Source: Candidatus Multivoradales bacterium
Lineage (GTDB): Bacteria > Acidobacteriota > Thermoanaerobaculia > Multivoradales > Multivoraceae
DNA length: 64,000 nt
Direction: 5' to 3'
NCBI GenBank assembly: GCA_965223325.1
Contig: CBDCWI010000002.1
Span: 224,001 to 288,000 of the forward strand
Shown here: positions 10,473-20,447 of the stretch, piece by piece
Numbering within the stretch: position 1 is the first letter of the stretch
Layout of the letters: every line of letters begins with the position of its first letter
Program-made: the position numbers and the translations under genes
The notes under the pieces: model-generated
Seen by the model: only the letters and a program-made list of their open reading frames with translations
What the model was told of the DNA's origin: nothing
Databases searched by the model: none

Positions 10473-11015
10473 ATGCCGATTCAAGCCATTCGCGGCAAGG
10501 TCCCGCGCCTCGGTGAGCGGGTGTTTCTCGCTCCGGGAGCCTGGGTGATCGGCGACGTGAGCCTCGGCGACGACGTGTCCTTCTGGTTTCAAACCGCCGC
10601 CCGGGGCGACGTGCAGTCCATCACCATCGGGGCGCGTTGCAACATTCAAGACGGCAGCATCCTTCACGTGACCCACGACACCCACCCCCTCGTCCTCGGT
10701 GACGACGTCGTCATCGGCCACTCGTCTGTGGTGCACGGCTGTACGGTCATGGACCGCGCGCTGGTTGGCATTGGTGCCACGGTGCTCGACGGCGCGATCA
10801 TCGAGGAGGGTGCTCAGATCGCTGCCGGTGCCCTGGTGACGCCGGGAAAGGTGATTCCTGCCGGTTGGTTGGCGCTCGGTGTGCCGGCCCGTCCGGTTCG
10901 CGAGCTGACGCCAGAAGAACGAGAAGCGAACGCCGCGATCAGCCAGCGTTACGTGGCTCTCCAGGCGGAGTATCGCGCGCAGATGGGTGCCGGAACCGCA
11001 GTGGGTGCGTGCTGA
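10473..11015 (+). CDS. Gamma carbonic anhydrase family protein (YrdA/PaaY-like)
   Basis: RGD, NIQDG..LH, IGH..VVHGC and hexapeptide repeats. Confidence 0.92.
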   Translation: MPIQAIRGKVPRLGERVFLAPGAWVIGDVSLGDDVSFWFQTAARGDVQSITIGARCNIQDGSILHVTHDTHPLVLGDDVVIGHSSVVHGCTVMDRALVGIGATVLDGAIIEEGAQIAAGALVTPGKVIPAGWLALGVPARPVRELTPEEREANAAISQRYVALQAEYRAQMGAGTAVGAC

Positions 11016-12283
11016 TGGCCAAGCATCTCGCATCGCCCAAAGGGACGCGCGACCTGCTGCCCGCCGAGACGACGGTCTGGGCCGGTGTGGAGGCCATCGC
11101 CCGCCGCATCTTTTCGAGCTACGGCTTCGGCGAGATCCGAACTCCGATCTTCGAGTCGACCGAGCTTTTCGTGCGCGGGGTGGGAGAGTCGACCGACATT
11201 GTCGGCAAGGAGATGTACACCTTCCCCGACAAGAAGGGGCGCAGCCTGACGCTTCGCCCCGAGAGCACCGCTGCGGTCGCTCGTGCGGTCGTCGAGCACC
11301 GGCTCTTCGAGGGCGCATCACCGCTCAAGCTCTTCTACCTCGGCCCGCAGTTTCGCTACGAACGGCCCCAGCGCGGGCGTTACCGCCAGTTCTCGCAGAT
11401 CGGCGCCGAGATCTTCGGCGATCGGGGCCCGCTCGTCGATGCCGAGCTGCTCTTGATGTTGGTGCGCTTTCTCGAGGCGCTCGGCTTCTCGAACCTCAGG
11501 GTCGAGCTCAATACGGTCGGTGACCCTCAGTCCCGCGGTGCCTTCGGCAACGCCTTGCGTAGCGCCCTCGAGCCGCACGCGAGCGAGCTCGGGGAAGACA
11601 GCCTGAGGCGCCTCCAGACCAATCCCCTGCGCATTCTCGACACCAAAGACGAGAACGAGCAGAAGCTCCTGCCGGGCCTTCCCAGGCTCGAGGACTTCCT
11701 GAGCGACGAGAGTCGGGAGCACTTCGAAGGGGTATGTTCCGAGCTCGATCGGTTCGCGGTCGACTATCGCGTCGACGACCGGCTGGTTCGCGGTCTCGAC
11801 TACTACACGCGGACGGTGTTCGAGATCGTCTCTCCCGACCTCGGTGCCCACAACGCGATTCTCGGCGGCGGTCGCTACGACGGTCTGGTCGAGCTGCTCG
11901 GTGGACCGGCGTTGCCTGGCATTGGCTTTGCGATTGGCCAGGACCGGCTCGTTGAGATCCTGCCACCTACAACCCGCGAGGAGCTCGCAGCTGGGCCTCC
12001 CATCAGTCTGGTGGCGATTGGGGACGTAGAACGCTCTTTGTTGCTCGAGCTCGCCGAAACCCTGCGTGACGCCGGCCTTGCGGTCGTCGCCGAACTCAGC
12101 GATCGTTCGATGAAGGCGGCGCTCAAGCAGGCCAACCGTCGCAACAGTCGTTTGGTTCTCTTGGTGGGCGAGAAAGAGCTCGACGACCAGACCGTGACCA
12201 TCAAGAACTTCGAGACCGGCAAACAGCGAACCGTTGCACGCGCCGATCTCATCGATCACCTACTGGGCGGCTCATCCGCCTGA
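11015..12283 (+). CDS. hisS: Histidine-tRNA ligase
   Basis: PKGTRD, LRPEST, FRYERPQRGRYRQF, RGLDYY, GGGRYDGL; ATG overlaps the upstream TGA. Confidence 0.97.
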   Translation: MAKHLASPKGTRDLLPAETTVWAGVEAIARRIFSSYGFGEIRTPIFESTELFVRGVGESTDIVGKEMYTFPDKKGRSLTLRPESTAAVARAVVEHRLFEGASPLKLFYLGPQFRYERPQRGRYRQFSQIGAEIFGDRGPLVDAELLLMLVRFLEALGFSNLRVELNTVGDPQSRGAFGNALRSALEPHASELGEDSLRRLQTNPLRILDTKDENEQKLLPGLPRLEDFLSDESREHFEGVCSELDRFAVDYRVDDRLVRGLDYYTRTVFEIVSPDLGAHNAILGGGRYDGLVELLGGPALPGIGFAIGQDRLVEILPPTTREELAAGPPISLVAIGDVERSLLLELAETLRDAGLAVVAELSDRSMKAALKQANRRNSRLVLLVGEKELDDQTVTIKNFETGKQRTVARADLIDHLLGGSSA

Positions 12284-12323
12284 AAGACATAGGGAGTGCC
12301 AGAGGGCTCTCCAGGAGCAAAGC

Positions 12324-14099
12324 ATGAAGAGGCGAGGCGCCGGGACTCTCGGCACGGCAGACGCGGGTACTAAGGTCCATCTCGAGGGTTGGATCCATCG
12401 CCGCCGCGATCTTGGCGGTGTGACCTTCCTCGAGGTGCGTGATCGCAGCGGCATTGTGCAGGTGGTCGTGCGGCCCGAAGACGCCGGCGAGGCAGCGACG
12501 GTGCTCGACCCGGTGCGCCAGGAGTGGGTGGTCGCGATTGATGGGGAAGTGGCAGAACGTTCCGCCGAAACCCGCAATGACAAGATCGCCACCGGGGCGA
12601 TCGAGGTGGTGGCGCGCCAGGCCCAGGTGCTGTCACGGGCCGAACCTCTGCCCTTCAGTGTGCGTGGCGACGGCGACGATGCCAACGAAGAGACGCGACT
12701 CAAATATCGTTTTCTCGATCTGCGGCGCTCCCGCCTCCAGGAAACTCTGGCGCTGCGCAGTCGGGTGACCATCGAAACGCTGCGCTATCTCGAGGAGGAG
12801 GGCTTCCTCAACATCGAGACGCCGATTCTCACCCGCTCGACGCCCGAGGGCGCGCGTGACTATCTGGTGCCGAGCCGGGTTCATCCGGGAAAGTTCTTCG
12901 CCCTGCCGCAGTCACCGCAGATCTTCAAGCAGATTCTGATGGTCGCCGGTTATGAGCGCTACGTGCAGGTTGCGCGTTGCTTTCGCGACGAGGATCTGCG
13001 CGCCGATCGCCAGCCAGAGTTCACCCAGTTCGACCTCGAGATGGCGTTCGTCGACGAGGAGGGCATCTACGGGTTGATCGAGGGGCTCTACCAACGTCTC
13101 TTTGCCCTGATCGATGTCGAGATCGAAACGCCCTTCCCGCGCTTGTCCTATGCCGAGGCGATGCTGCGCTATGGCTCCGACAAGCCCGACCTGCGCTGTG
13201 ACCTCGAGATCTGTGACCTCACAGAGGAGATGACGGGCTCGAGCTTTCGGGTCTTCGAGAAGACCATCGCAACGGAAGGCGTCATCCGCGGCTTGCGGGT
13301 CCCCGGGGCCGGCAGCGCCAGTCGTAAGATGATCGACGGCTACTCCGAGCTCGCCCAGCGTCACGGTGCCGGCGGGGCACTCAAGATGACCTGCGAGTCG
13401 GGGCAGGCGGTGTTTCAGGTCAAGGGCGTGCTTTCCGATGAACAGCTCGAGGCCTGTCGCCAGAAACTCGGCCTCGAAGACGGTGACCTGGCATTGATCG
13501 TCGCCGCCGGAGCACCGACCGCGGCAGCCTCCCTGGGTGCTCTGCGGCTCGAGCTCGCTCGCGAGCATGGCCTCCTCTCTGAGGACGAGCGGCGCTTCCT
13601 ATGGGTGCAGGACTTCCCGCTCTTCGAGTGGAGTCCGGAGAACGGGCATTGGACCTCGCTTCATCATCCGTTCACCGCGCCGCAACCCGAAGACATAGGG
13701 TTGTTGGCCGAGTCGCCAGGGAAAGTGCGTTCGCGCGCCTACGACATCGTGCTCAACGGTTTCGAGATCGGCGGTGGTTCGATTCGTATCCATGACTCTG
13801 AGATTCAAGCGCAGGTCTTCGAGTGCCTGGGGATCGAGAAGGAGGAGGCCGAAGAGCGTTTCGGGTTCCTCCTCGAGGCCCTGCGCTACGGAGCTCCGCC
13901 TCACGGCGGCATCGCGCTCGGAGTCGATCGTCTGATCATGCTGATGATGGGAGCAAGCTCGTTGCGCGATGTCATCGCGTTTCCAAAGACCGCCTCGGCC
14001 CTGTGTCTGATGACCGAAGCGCCGTCGGCGGTCGACGAAGAGCAGCTCCAGGAACTCGGCGTGCGCGTGCGCTTGCGACCCGGCGGTGGGGCAGGCTGA
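12324..14099 (+). CDS. aspS: Aspartate-tRNA ligase
   Basis: STPEGARDYLVP, ALPQSPQIFKQ, CFRDEDLRADRQPEFTQ, GAPPHGG. Confidence 0.97.
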   Translation: MKRRGAGTLGTADAGTKVHLEGWIHRRRDLGGVTFLEVRDRSGIVQVVVRPEDAGEAATVLDPVRQEWVVAIDGEVAERSAETRNDKIATGAIEVVARQAQVLSRAEPLPFSVRGDGDDANEETRLKYRFLDLRRSRLQETLALRSRVTIETLRYLEEEGFLNIETPILTRSTPEGARDYLVPSRVHPGKFFALPQSPQIFKQILMVAGYERYVQVARCFRDEDLRADRQPEFTQFDLEMAFVDEEGIYGLIEGLYQRLFALIDVEIETPFPRLSYAEAMLRYGSDKPDLRCDLEICDLTEEMTGSSFRVFEKTIATEGVIRGLRVPGAGSASRKMIDGYSELAQRHGAGGALKMTCESGQAVFQVKGVLSDEQLEACRQKLGLEDGDLALIVAAGAPTAAASLGALRLELAREHGLLSEDERRFLWVQDFPLFEWSPENGHWTSLHHPFTAPQPEDIGLLAESPGKVRSRAYDIVLNGFEIGGGSIRIHDSEIQAQVFECLGIEKEEAEERFGFLLEALRYGAPPHGGIALGVDRLIMLMMGASSLRDVIAFPKTASALCLMTEAPSAVDEEQLQELGVRVRLRPGGGAG

Positions 14100-14106
14100 A
14101 GCCACC

Positions 14107-15204
14107 ATGGCGACCCTCGAGCTCAGACACGATCGCGGCGTCACTCCGATCGTCGTCGCGCGCTCCCTGCTCGGGAGCGCTGGCCCGCTGGCCGAGGAGT
14201 ACTCACGGCTGTGGGCGGGGCGGCGGGTCTTTCTCGTCAGTACGCCAACGATATCTGCTCTCCACGGCGAAGCCGCGCGGGCGACCTTCGCCGGTGCAGC
14301 TGCTGCGTGTCATGCGCTCGAGGTTCCCGATGGCGAGAGTGCCAAGTCCGCCGAAGTCGCCCTCAATGTGTGGCGACAGCTGCTCGCTGCCGGCGGCAAG
14401 CGCGACAGCGTGATCGTCGCTCTAGGCGGGGGCGCGACCACCGACCTGGCCGGTTTCGTCGCCGCAACCTTTCTGCGCGGAGTCTCGTTCATCCAGATTC
14501 CGAGCACCCTCCTGGCGCAGGTCGACGCCGCGATTGGCGGCAAGACCGGCATCGATCTCGAGGACGGCAAGAACACCGTCGGCGCCTTTCATCAACCAAT
14601 TCTGGTGGCGAGTGACGTCGATCTGCTGACCACGCTGCCGGAGCGCGAGTTTCGTGCCGGTATGGCCGAAGTGATCAAGAAGGCGGCGATTCTCGATCCG
14701 GCGCTCTTCGAACACCTCGAGTCGGTCCTCGAGAGCGTCTTGGCTCATGGTGCCGGGGCCCCCGAGCTGGCTCGTATCGTCGAGCGGGCTGCGGCGGCCA
14801 AGGTGCAGGTCGTCGAGTCCGATCCCTTCGAGGGCGGGCGCCGGAAACTGCTCAACTTCGGCCACACCCTCGCCCACGCCATCGAAACCGAGCTCGGCTA
14901 CCGGAGCCTGCGGCATGGCGAGGCGGTGGCCCATGGCTTGCGCTTTGCCACCCGGTTGGGAGTGCGACTCGGCCTGGGCGCCGCTCTGGCACCCCGTCTC
15001 GAGGCGTTGATTGACCAGCTGGGGCCTCCGGCCTTGCCAGAACTATCGGCCGAGGGACTGCTGGGTGCAATGGCGCGCGACAAGAAGGCTCGTGAGGGGG
15101 GACTGACCTGGGTTCTGGCCGAAGGGCTCGGACAGGGGGTCTTGCGGGCGGTTGATGAAGCCATCGTGGCCGAGGAGCTGGCGGCCTTCTTGGCTGAGAC
15201 ATGA
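14107..15204 (+). CDS. aroB: 3-dehydroquinate synthase
   Basis: LGGGATTDLAGF, LLAQVDAAIGGKTG, LLNFGHT, HGEAVA. Confidence 0.95.
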   Translation: MATLELRHDRGVTPIVVARSLLGSAGPLAEEYSRLWAGRRVFLVSTPTISALHGEAARATFAGAAAACHALEVPDGESAKSAEVALNVWRQLLAAGGKRDSVIVALGGGATTDLAGFVAATFLRGVSFIQIPSTLLAQVDAAIGGKTGIDLEDGKNTVGAFHQPILVASDVDLLTTLPEREFRAGMAEVIKKAAILDPALFEHLESVLESVLAHGAGAPELARIVERAAAAKVQVVESDPFEGGRRKLLNFGHTLAHAIETELGYRSLRHGEAVAHGLRFATRLGVRLGLGAALAPRLEALIDQLGPPALPELSAEGLLGAMARDKKAREGGLTWVLAEGLGQGVLRAVDEAIVAEELAAFLAET

Positions 15205-15420
15205 GCGCTCTCCGGTCCCCCGGAAGGCTGGCGTAAATTCTTGTATATCTATTGATACTTGAATATGTCTTGAAATATCATCCACTTGGCGACCTCTGTC
15301 GTAGAAGACAGGCAATGTTCGCTCAATCGATAGGTCATGCTGAACTTGTCGGTTGTTGGTGCGTGCCGATTCGAACGAGTCGATCGCGCGGCTCCTCCTT
15401 TCCCGACGCCAGTACACCAA

Positions 15421-17199
15421 GTGAAGAACTTTCTCACCACCCTCCAATCGGTGCTACAGCACGTCCGCCTGCGCTGGATGCTGCTCCTGTTCCTGGTGGT
15501 GTTCGGCAGCCTGCCCTTGTTGCTCAATCTGGCCTTGACCCTCGGCCCCAACCAGGGTCTTCTGGCACGGCAGGAACAGGAAAAGCTGACGCGTCGACTC
15601 GAACTGCTCAGCAGTCGGGCGGGCGACGACGTCGAGGCCATGCGCGGGCATCTCGAACTGGCCGCGGCCGGTCTCTCGAGTCTCGATGTCGAGAACGCAC
15701 TCACCCCAGAGGCCGCCGACTGGTCGCACGGCTACCTCGAGCGCTTCCAGCGCGCCACCGCGAACCGCTTCGCCAGCCGGGTCGTCGACCTGCTCGATGG
15801 CCGTGCGCAACGCACCGAGGAAGCGCGCGTGCAGCTGGCACTGGACCGTACGCTCGATCTCATTCGCACCAGCGATCGCCGAGCGCACTGGCAGCTGCTC
15901 GACCTCGGTGCCGAGCGCGAGCCGCTGGTGGTGTATTCGGTGCCGGTGGTGCTCGAAGACGGTGAAACTCTCGGCTGGGTGATTCAAGGTGTCTTGCGCC
16001 TCGACCTCGAGGGTCGCGAGCAGGGTGATGTCTTCGTGCTCGACCTCGCCTCCGAAGGGCGGGTGGTGTGGAGCACTTCGCTCGATGACGATCTGCGCCG
16101 CTCGGTGGCATCGTCAGAGATGGTGACCGCCTTCCTCTCCCTGCCCGAGGAGCGGGACCTCATTCCGGTCACCGAATACGACGCGGTGACCGGCGGTGAG
16201 ACGGTACGCATGTTGGGGCAGGTGGCGCGCATTGGCGATAGCAACTGGGCGTTGATGGTGCAACAGCCCCGTGCCAAGGCGTTCTTCGAGGTGCGGCGCT
16301 GGGTGCTCACCTCTCTCGGCTCGGCCGGCATCATGGTCGTCGTCGCGTTTCTCTTCGCGGCCATTGCAGCGCGCGGCTTCACGGTACCGCTCGAACGTCT
16401 CGCACACACCGCCCACGACATCTCTTGCGGTGAGTTCGGTAAGAAGATCGAACCGGTGGCTTTTGGTGCCGAAATGACCGAGCTCGCCGAGAGCTTCAAC
16501 GCGATGAGCGACCAGATCGACGAGCATGTCGATCAACTACGCCAAGCAGCGGCGCTCAACCGTGATCTGTTCATCGGTTCGATCCGCGCCTTTCTCGCCG
16601 CCATCGAAGCCAAGGAGCCGTACACCCGCGGTCATTCCGAACGCGTCGCTTCGTTCAGTCAGGCCATTGCCCGCCAGCTCAATATGTCGCGCGAGTTCCA
16701 GGAGCGCATCTGGATCGCCGGCTTGATGCACGACGTCGGCAAGATCGGCATCGACGATCGGGTGCTCAAGAAGGGCGACAAGCTCACCGACGAAGAGTAC
16801 GAAGAGATGAAGCGCCATCCGGCGGTAGGTGCTGAAATCATGACCTCGATCGAACAGCTGCGCGACATGCTGCCCGCGATCCGCTGGCATCACGAGGACT
16901 GGGCGGGCACCGGCTATCCCGATGGTCTGGCGGGTGAGGACATCCCACTCATGGCGCGAATCGTCGCCGTCGCCGATACCTTTGACGCAATCACCACCCA
17001 GCGTGTGTATCAGGACCCATACACCGATGAAGAAGCGGTGGGTATTATCGAGAACCTGATCGGCAAACGCTTCGACCCGCGCGTCGCCGAGGCATTCGTC
17101 TACGCCTTCAAGGTGGGTGACATCGTGACCGATCGCGCGGTCGACAACGATCTCGAGATCGATGCCGAGCTGCTGCGCACTCGCGCTCTGCACACCTGA
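15421..17199 (+). CDS. Membrane HD-GYP phosphodiesterase with periplasmic sensor and HAMP domain
   Basis: Two TM segments, HAMP, HSERV, HDVGK, HHE..GTGYP, VADTFDA; start may be 15337. Confidence 0.9.
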   Translation: MKNFLTTLQSVLQHVRLRWMLLLFLVVFGSLPLLLNLALTLGPNQGLLARQEQEKLTRRLELLSSRAGDDVEAMRGHLELAAAGLSSLDVENALTPEAADWSHGYLERFQRATANRFASRVVDLLDGRAQRTEEARVQLALDRTLDLIRTSDRRAHWQLLDLGAEREPLVVYSVPVVLEDGETLGWVIQGVLRLDLEGREQGDVFVLDLASEGRVVWSTSLDDDLRRSVASSEMVTAFLSLPEERDLIPVTEYDAVTGGETVRMLGQVARIGDSNWALMVQQPRAKAFFEVRRWVLTSLGSAGIMVVVAFLFAAIAARGFTVPLERLAHTAHDISCGEFGKKIEPVAFGAEMTELAESFNAMSDQIDEHVDQLRQAAALNRDLFIGSIRAFLAAIEAKEPYTRGHSERVASFSQAIARQLNMSREFQERIWIAGLMHDVGKIGIDDRVLKKGDKLTDEEYEEMKRHPAVGAEIMTSIEQLRDMLPAIRWHHEDWAGTGYPDGLAGEDIPLMARIVAVADTFDAITTQRVYQDPYTDEEAVGIIENLIGKRFDPRVAEAFVYAFKVGDIVTDRAVDNDLEIDAELLRTRALHT

Positions 17200-17291
17200 T
17201 CATCTCCCAGCGCGCGCTGGAGCGGGTATCGTTGGAGCAGCCGACCCCGGGACGCCTCTGCGGGTGGGCTGACCGCTAGAGCGAGAGATCC

Positions 17292-17672
17292 ATGCCGTTT
17301 TCCTACATCCTGGCCAACCTGGTCGCGGAGACTGATGGTGCTGTTGGCGCCCTGTTCCTCGACGAGACCGGTGAAACCGTCGATCTGACCTGCACGGAAG
17401 GGACCGATCCGGAGAACCTCCGAGTGATCGGAGCATGGCTGGGCATCTACCTACGCGAGCTGGCGCGCTTCGTGCCCGAGGTGGAGGAGTCGGGAGCCGG
17501 CCTCGAGCTCGTGCAAGTCGAGCATCAGGGGCTGCACCTCTTCGCCCGCGCCCTCGCCGACGGCTACTACGTCGCGCTGGTGCAAAAGGCCCCGGCAGCG
17601 ACGGCCATCACCCGCCGCCGGCTCTCGGAGGCCGGCGAGTTGTTGCAGGCCGAACTCTTCGCCCAGACCTAG
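17292..17672 (+). CDS. Roadblock/LC7 (MglB-like) domain protein
   Basis: 126 aa; pattern ILANLVAETDGAVGALFLDETGE and C-terminal YYVALV. Confidence 0.65.
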   Translation: MPFSYILANLVAETDGAVGALFLDETGETVDLTCTEGTDPENLRVIGAWLGIYLRELARFVPEVEESGAGLELVQVEHQGLHLFARALADGYYVALVQKAPAATAITRRRLSEAGELLQAELFAQT

Positions 17673-17701
17673 AGAGCGAAAGGAAAGAAGGTGCAACCCC
17701 A

Positions 17702-18667
17702 ATGAGCCAAGAACCGAGCGCTGCTCTCGACATCTCGACTGAGGAGAAGCCAGAGAGAAAGAGGGGTTTCTGGAGGAAACTCAAACGTGGGTTGAACATG
17801 ACCCATACCGAGCTGATCGATCGGATCGGCGCCGCCGCCGCCGGGCGCGGGGTGATCGACGAGGAAATGCTCGAAGAGCTCGAGGAGGTGTTGATCGCCT
17901 CGGACCTCGGTGCGGAGACTTCCCTCGAACTGGTCGACAGCATTCGTGAGCGGGTCAAAGTCGGCCAGGCAGGCGATGAGGTCTTGCTGCGTCAGATGCT
18001 CGCCGACGAGATTTCGTTGCTACTGCTCGATGCACCGCGGCCGGCGCCGGTCTCGCTGCCGATGGTGACCCTGGTGGTCGGCGTCAACGGTGCCGGCAAG
18101 ACGACCTCGATCGCCAAACTCGCACAGCGCTCCCGCGACCGTGGAGAAAAGGTCCTGCTGGCCGCCGGAGACACGTTCCGCGCCGCCGCCATCGAGCAGC
18201 TCGAGACCTGGGCTGATCGACTCTCGCTGCCGGTCGTGCGCCACCAGGCCGGCTCCGACCCGGCAGCGGTCGTCTTTGACGCCATGCAGGCGGCCAAGGC
18301 GCGTTCGATCGATCACGTCATCGTCGACACGGCGGGTCGCTTGCACACCAAGACCAACCTGATGGAGGAGCTGCGCAAGATCGGGCGTGTGGTCGAGCGT
18401 GAGGCGGAAGGGTGGTCGGTTCAAACGCTCCTGATCATCGATGCGACCAACGGACAAAACGGCCTCCAGCAGGCGAGACAGTTTGCCGAAGTGGTTCCGG
18501 TCGACGCGTTGTTCCTGACCAAGGTCGACGGCACGGCCAAGGGCGGAGTGGTGGTTGCCGTGGCGCGCGCGATGCGTGTTCCGGTGGCCTACCTCGGCGT
18601 AGGAGAGGGCGCCGATGACATCGTCGACTTCGATGCTCGCGAGTTCGCGCGCGCCATGCTCGGCTGA
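17702..18667 (+). CDS. ftsY: SRP receptor FtsY (short form, no long acidic domain)
   Basis: [31 protein letters not shown]. Confidence 0.96.
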   Translation: MSQEPSAALDISTEEKPERKRGFWRKLKRGLNMTHTELIDRIGAAAAGRGVIDEEMLEELEEVLIASDLGAETSLELVDSIRERVKVGQAGDEVLLRQMLADEISLLLLDAPRPAPVSLPMVTLVVGVNGAGKTTSIAKLAQRSRDRGEKVLLAAGDTFRAAAIEQLETWADRLSLPVVRHQAGSDPAAVVFDAMQAAKARSIDHVIVDTAGRLHTKTNLMEELRKIGRVVEREAEGWSVQTLLIIDATNGQNGLQQARQFAEVVPVDALFLTKVDGTAKGGVVVAVARAMRVPVAYLGVGEGADDIVDFDAREFARAMLG

Positions 18668-18675
18668 GCCTCGCG

Positions 18676-19833
18676 GTGAGCAGCAGGAAGGAAACCACCA
18701 GGCCAGGCGCCACGTCAGGCGCCAGATCAGGCAACACACCAGGTGCTGGTGAGTGGCTCGAACGTGCCCTCGAGCTCGCCGCTAGGGGTCGCTACACCAC
18801 CGCACCCAACCCCTGTGTCGGTGCCCTCGTCGTGCAGGGCGACGCGGTCGTCGGGGAGGGCTGGCACCGGCGGCCGGGTGAGCCGCATGCCGAGGTGCTG
18901 GCGCTCGAGGCGGCCGGCACCAAAGCGCGTGGTGCGACGCTCTACGTGACGCTCGAACCCTGCGCTCACCACGGGCGAACCCCACCGTGTGCCGATGCAG
19001 TCATTGCGGCCGGGTTGACCAGGGTTGTCGTCTGTCATGCCGACCCCGATCCGCGCGTCAGCGGTCGCGGGCTCGAACGAATCCGCGCTGCGGGAATCGA
19101 GGTCGAGGTCGGTCCTCTGGCCGAGCGCGCCCGACAACTCAACCTGGCCTACCTGATCGCCCATCGAGAAAAGCGTGCGGCGGTGACCCTCAAGTGGGCG
19201 ATGAGCCTCGACGGGCGTATCGCTACGGCGCGTGGTGAAAGCCAGTGGATCAGTAGCCCAGAGGCGCGCCAGTGGGCCCTGTCGTTGCGCGAAGAACACG
19301 GTGCGATTCTGGTGGGGAGCGGCACCGCGCTCGCCGACGATCCTCGCTTGACCCGGAGACTCGGTCTGAGAGGCGGTGAAATCACCCGGGTGATCGTCGA
19401 TCGTCGACTTCGTCTGGCGCCCGAGGCGCGGCTGTTCAAGGAACCGGGGCCGGTGCTCGTGTACTCTGAGGCGCGCGACCAGCAGGCGATCGAGCGCCTG
19501 GAGAAGGCGGGGGCGACGGTCGTTCGCCCACCGGCGGGCGGCTCGATGACACCCGGCGACATCGCTGTCGATCTGCTCGAGCGCGGCTGCCAGAGTGTTT
19601 TGATCGAGGGCGGCGCTGGGATCGCTGGGGCGTTCTTCGATGCCTCGGTCTGGGACCGCGCGGCGATCTGCTGCGCGCCCCGGCTGATCGGCGGCGAGGA
19701 GGCGCCTGGACCGCTGGCGGGCCGAGGGGTGGAGAAGCTCGCTCTGGCACGCCGACTCGAAGCGGCGTCCGTGGTTCTTTGCGGAACCGATTTTGTGATC
19801 GAAGGAGTGAGACCAGGGTGTTTACGGGACTGA
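18676..19833 (+). CDS. ribD: Bifunctional riboflavin deaminase/reductase
   Basis: PNPCVG, HAE, TLEPCAHHGRTPPC, SLDGRIA, IEGG. Confidence 0.95.
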   Translation: MSSRKETTRPGATSGARSGNTPGAGEWLERALELAARGRYTTAPNPCVGALVVQGDAVVGEGWHRRPGEPHAEVLALEAAGTKARGATLYVTLEPCAHHGRTPPCADAVIAAGLTRVVVCHADPDPRVSGRGLERIRAAGIEVEVGPLAERARQLNLAYLIAHREKRAAVTLKWAMSLDGRIATARGESQWISSPEARQWALSLREEHGAILVGSGTALADDPRLTRRLGLRGGEITRVIVDRRLRLAPEARLFKEPGPVLVYSEARDQQAIERLEKAGATVVRPPAGGSMTPGDIAVDLLERGCQSVLIEGGAGIAGAFFDASVWDRAAICCAPRLIGGEEAPGPLAGRGVEKLALARRLEAASVVLCGTDFVIEGVRPGCLRD

Positions 19834-20447
19834 TTCACGAAGTGGGCCGGGTGCTCGTCGAACCCTACGCCACCGAGCGCGGCGGCAAGGTCCTCGAGCT
19901 CGAGCACACCGAGGAGCTCTCCCAGCGCCTCGAGATCGGCGCCAGCCTCGCGGTCTCCGGAGTCTGCCTGACCCTGATCGAACATCGACCGGGACGATCT
20001 CACCTCGAGATGTCGGAGGAGACGCTTCGCTTGACCTCGCTCGACAGTCTGGGGCCTGGCTCGTCGGTGAACCTCGAACCTGCGCTGCGGCTCGGTGATC
20101 CGCTGGGTGGCCACTGGGTTCAGGGACATGTCGACGGCACCACCACGGTGCACCAGGTCGAGCCCGAAGAAGACTTCAGCCGCATGAGCTTCATTCTGCC
20201 CAGAGATCTGTCACGCTACTTCGTCGTCAAGGGCTCGATCACGGTCGACGGTGTTTCGCTGACGGTCGCCTCGCTGACCGCGGGCGACCGACCGACGTTC
20301 GACGTCGCCCTGATCCCGCACACTCTAGAGAACACCACTCTCGGTGGGCGTACGCGAGGCGACGAAGTCAACCTCGAGGTCGACGTGCTGGCCAAGTACG
20401 TCGAGCGTGCCGTCTTGCCCTGGAGTCCATCGAGCCCAGGCTCGTGA
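19818..20447 (+). CDS. ribE: Riboflavin synthase alpha chain
   Basis: GTG-started MFTG, GVCLT, GGHWVQGHVD, KGSITVDGVSLT. Confidence 0.95.
   Translation: MFTGLIHEVGRVLVEPYATERGGKVLELEHTEELSQRLEIGASLAVSGVCLTLIEHRPGRSHLEMSEETLRLTSLDSLGPGSSVNLEPALRLGDPLGGHWVQGHVDGTTTVHQVEPEEDFSRMSFILPRDLSRYFVVKGSITVDGVSLTVASLTAGDRPTFDVALIPHTLENTTLGGRTRGDEVNLEVDVLAKYVERAVLPWSPSSPGS

Noticed and set aside
15205-15420. c-di-GMP riboswitch or sigma54 promoter before HD-GYP
   Set aside because: No GEMM core; GG/GC spacing does not fit sigma54
18704-18751. 12-bp tandem repeats in the ribD 5' end (and a 15-bp duplication near 20900)
   Set aside because: Short in-frame slippage in variable linkers
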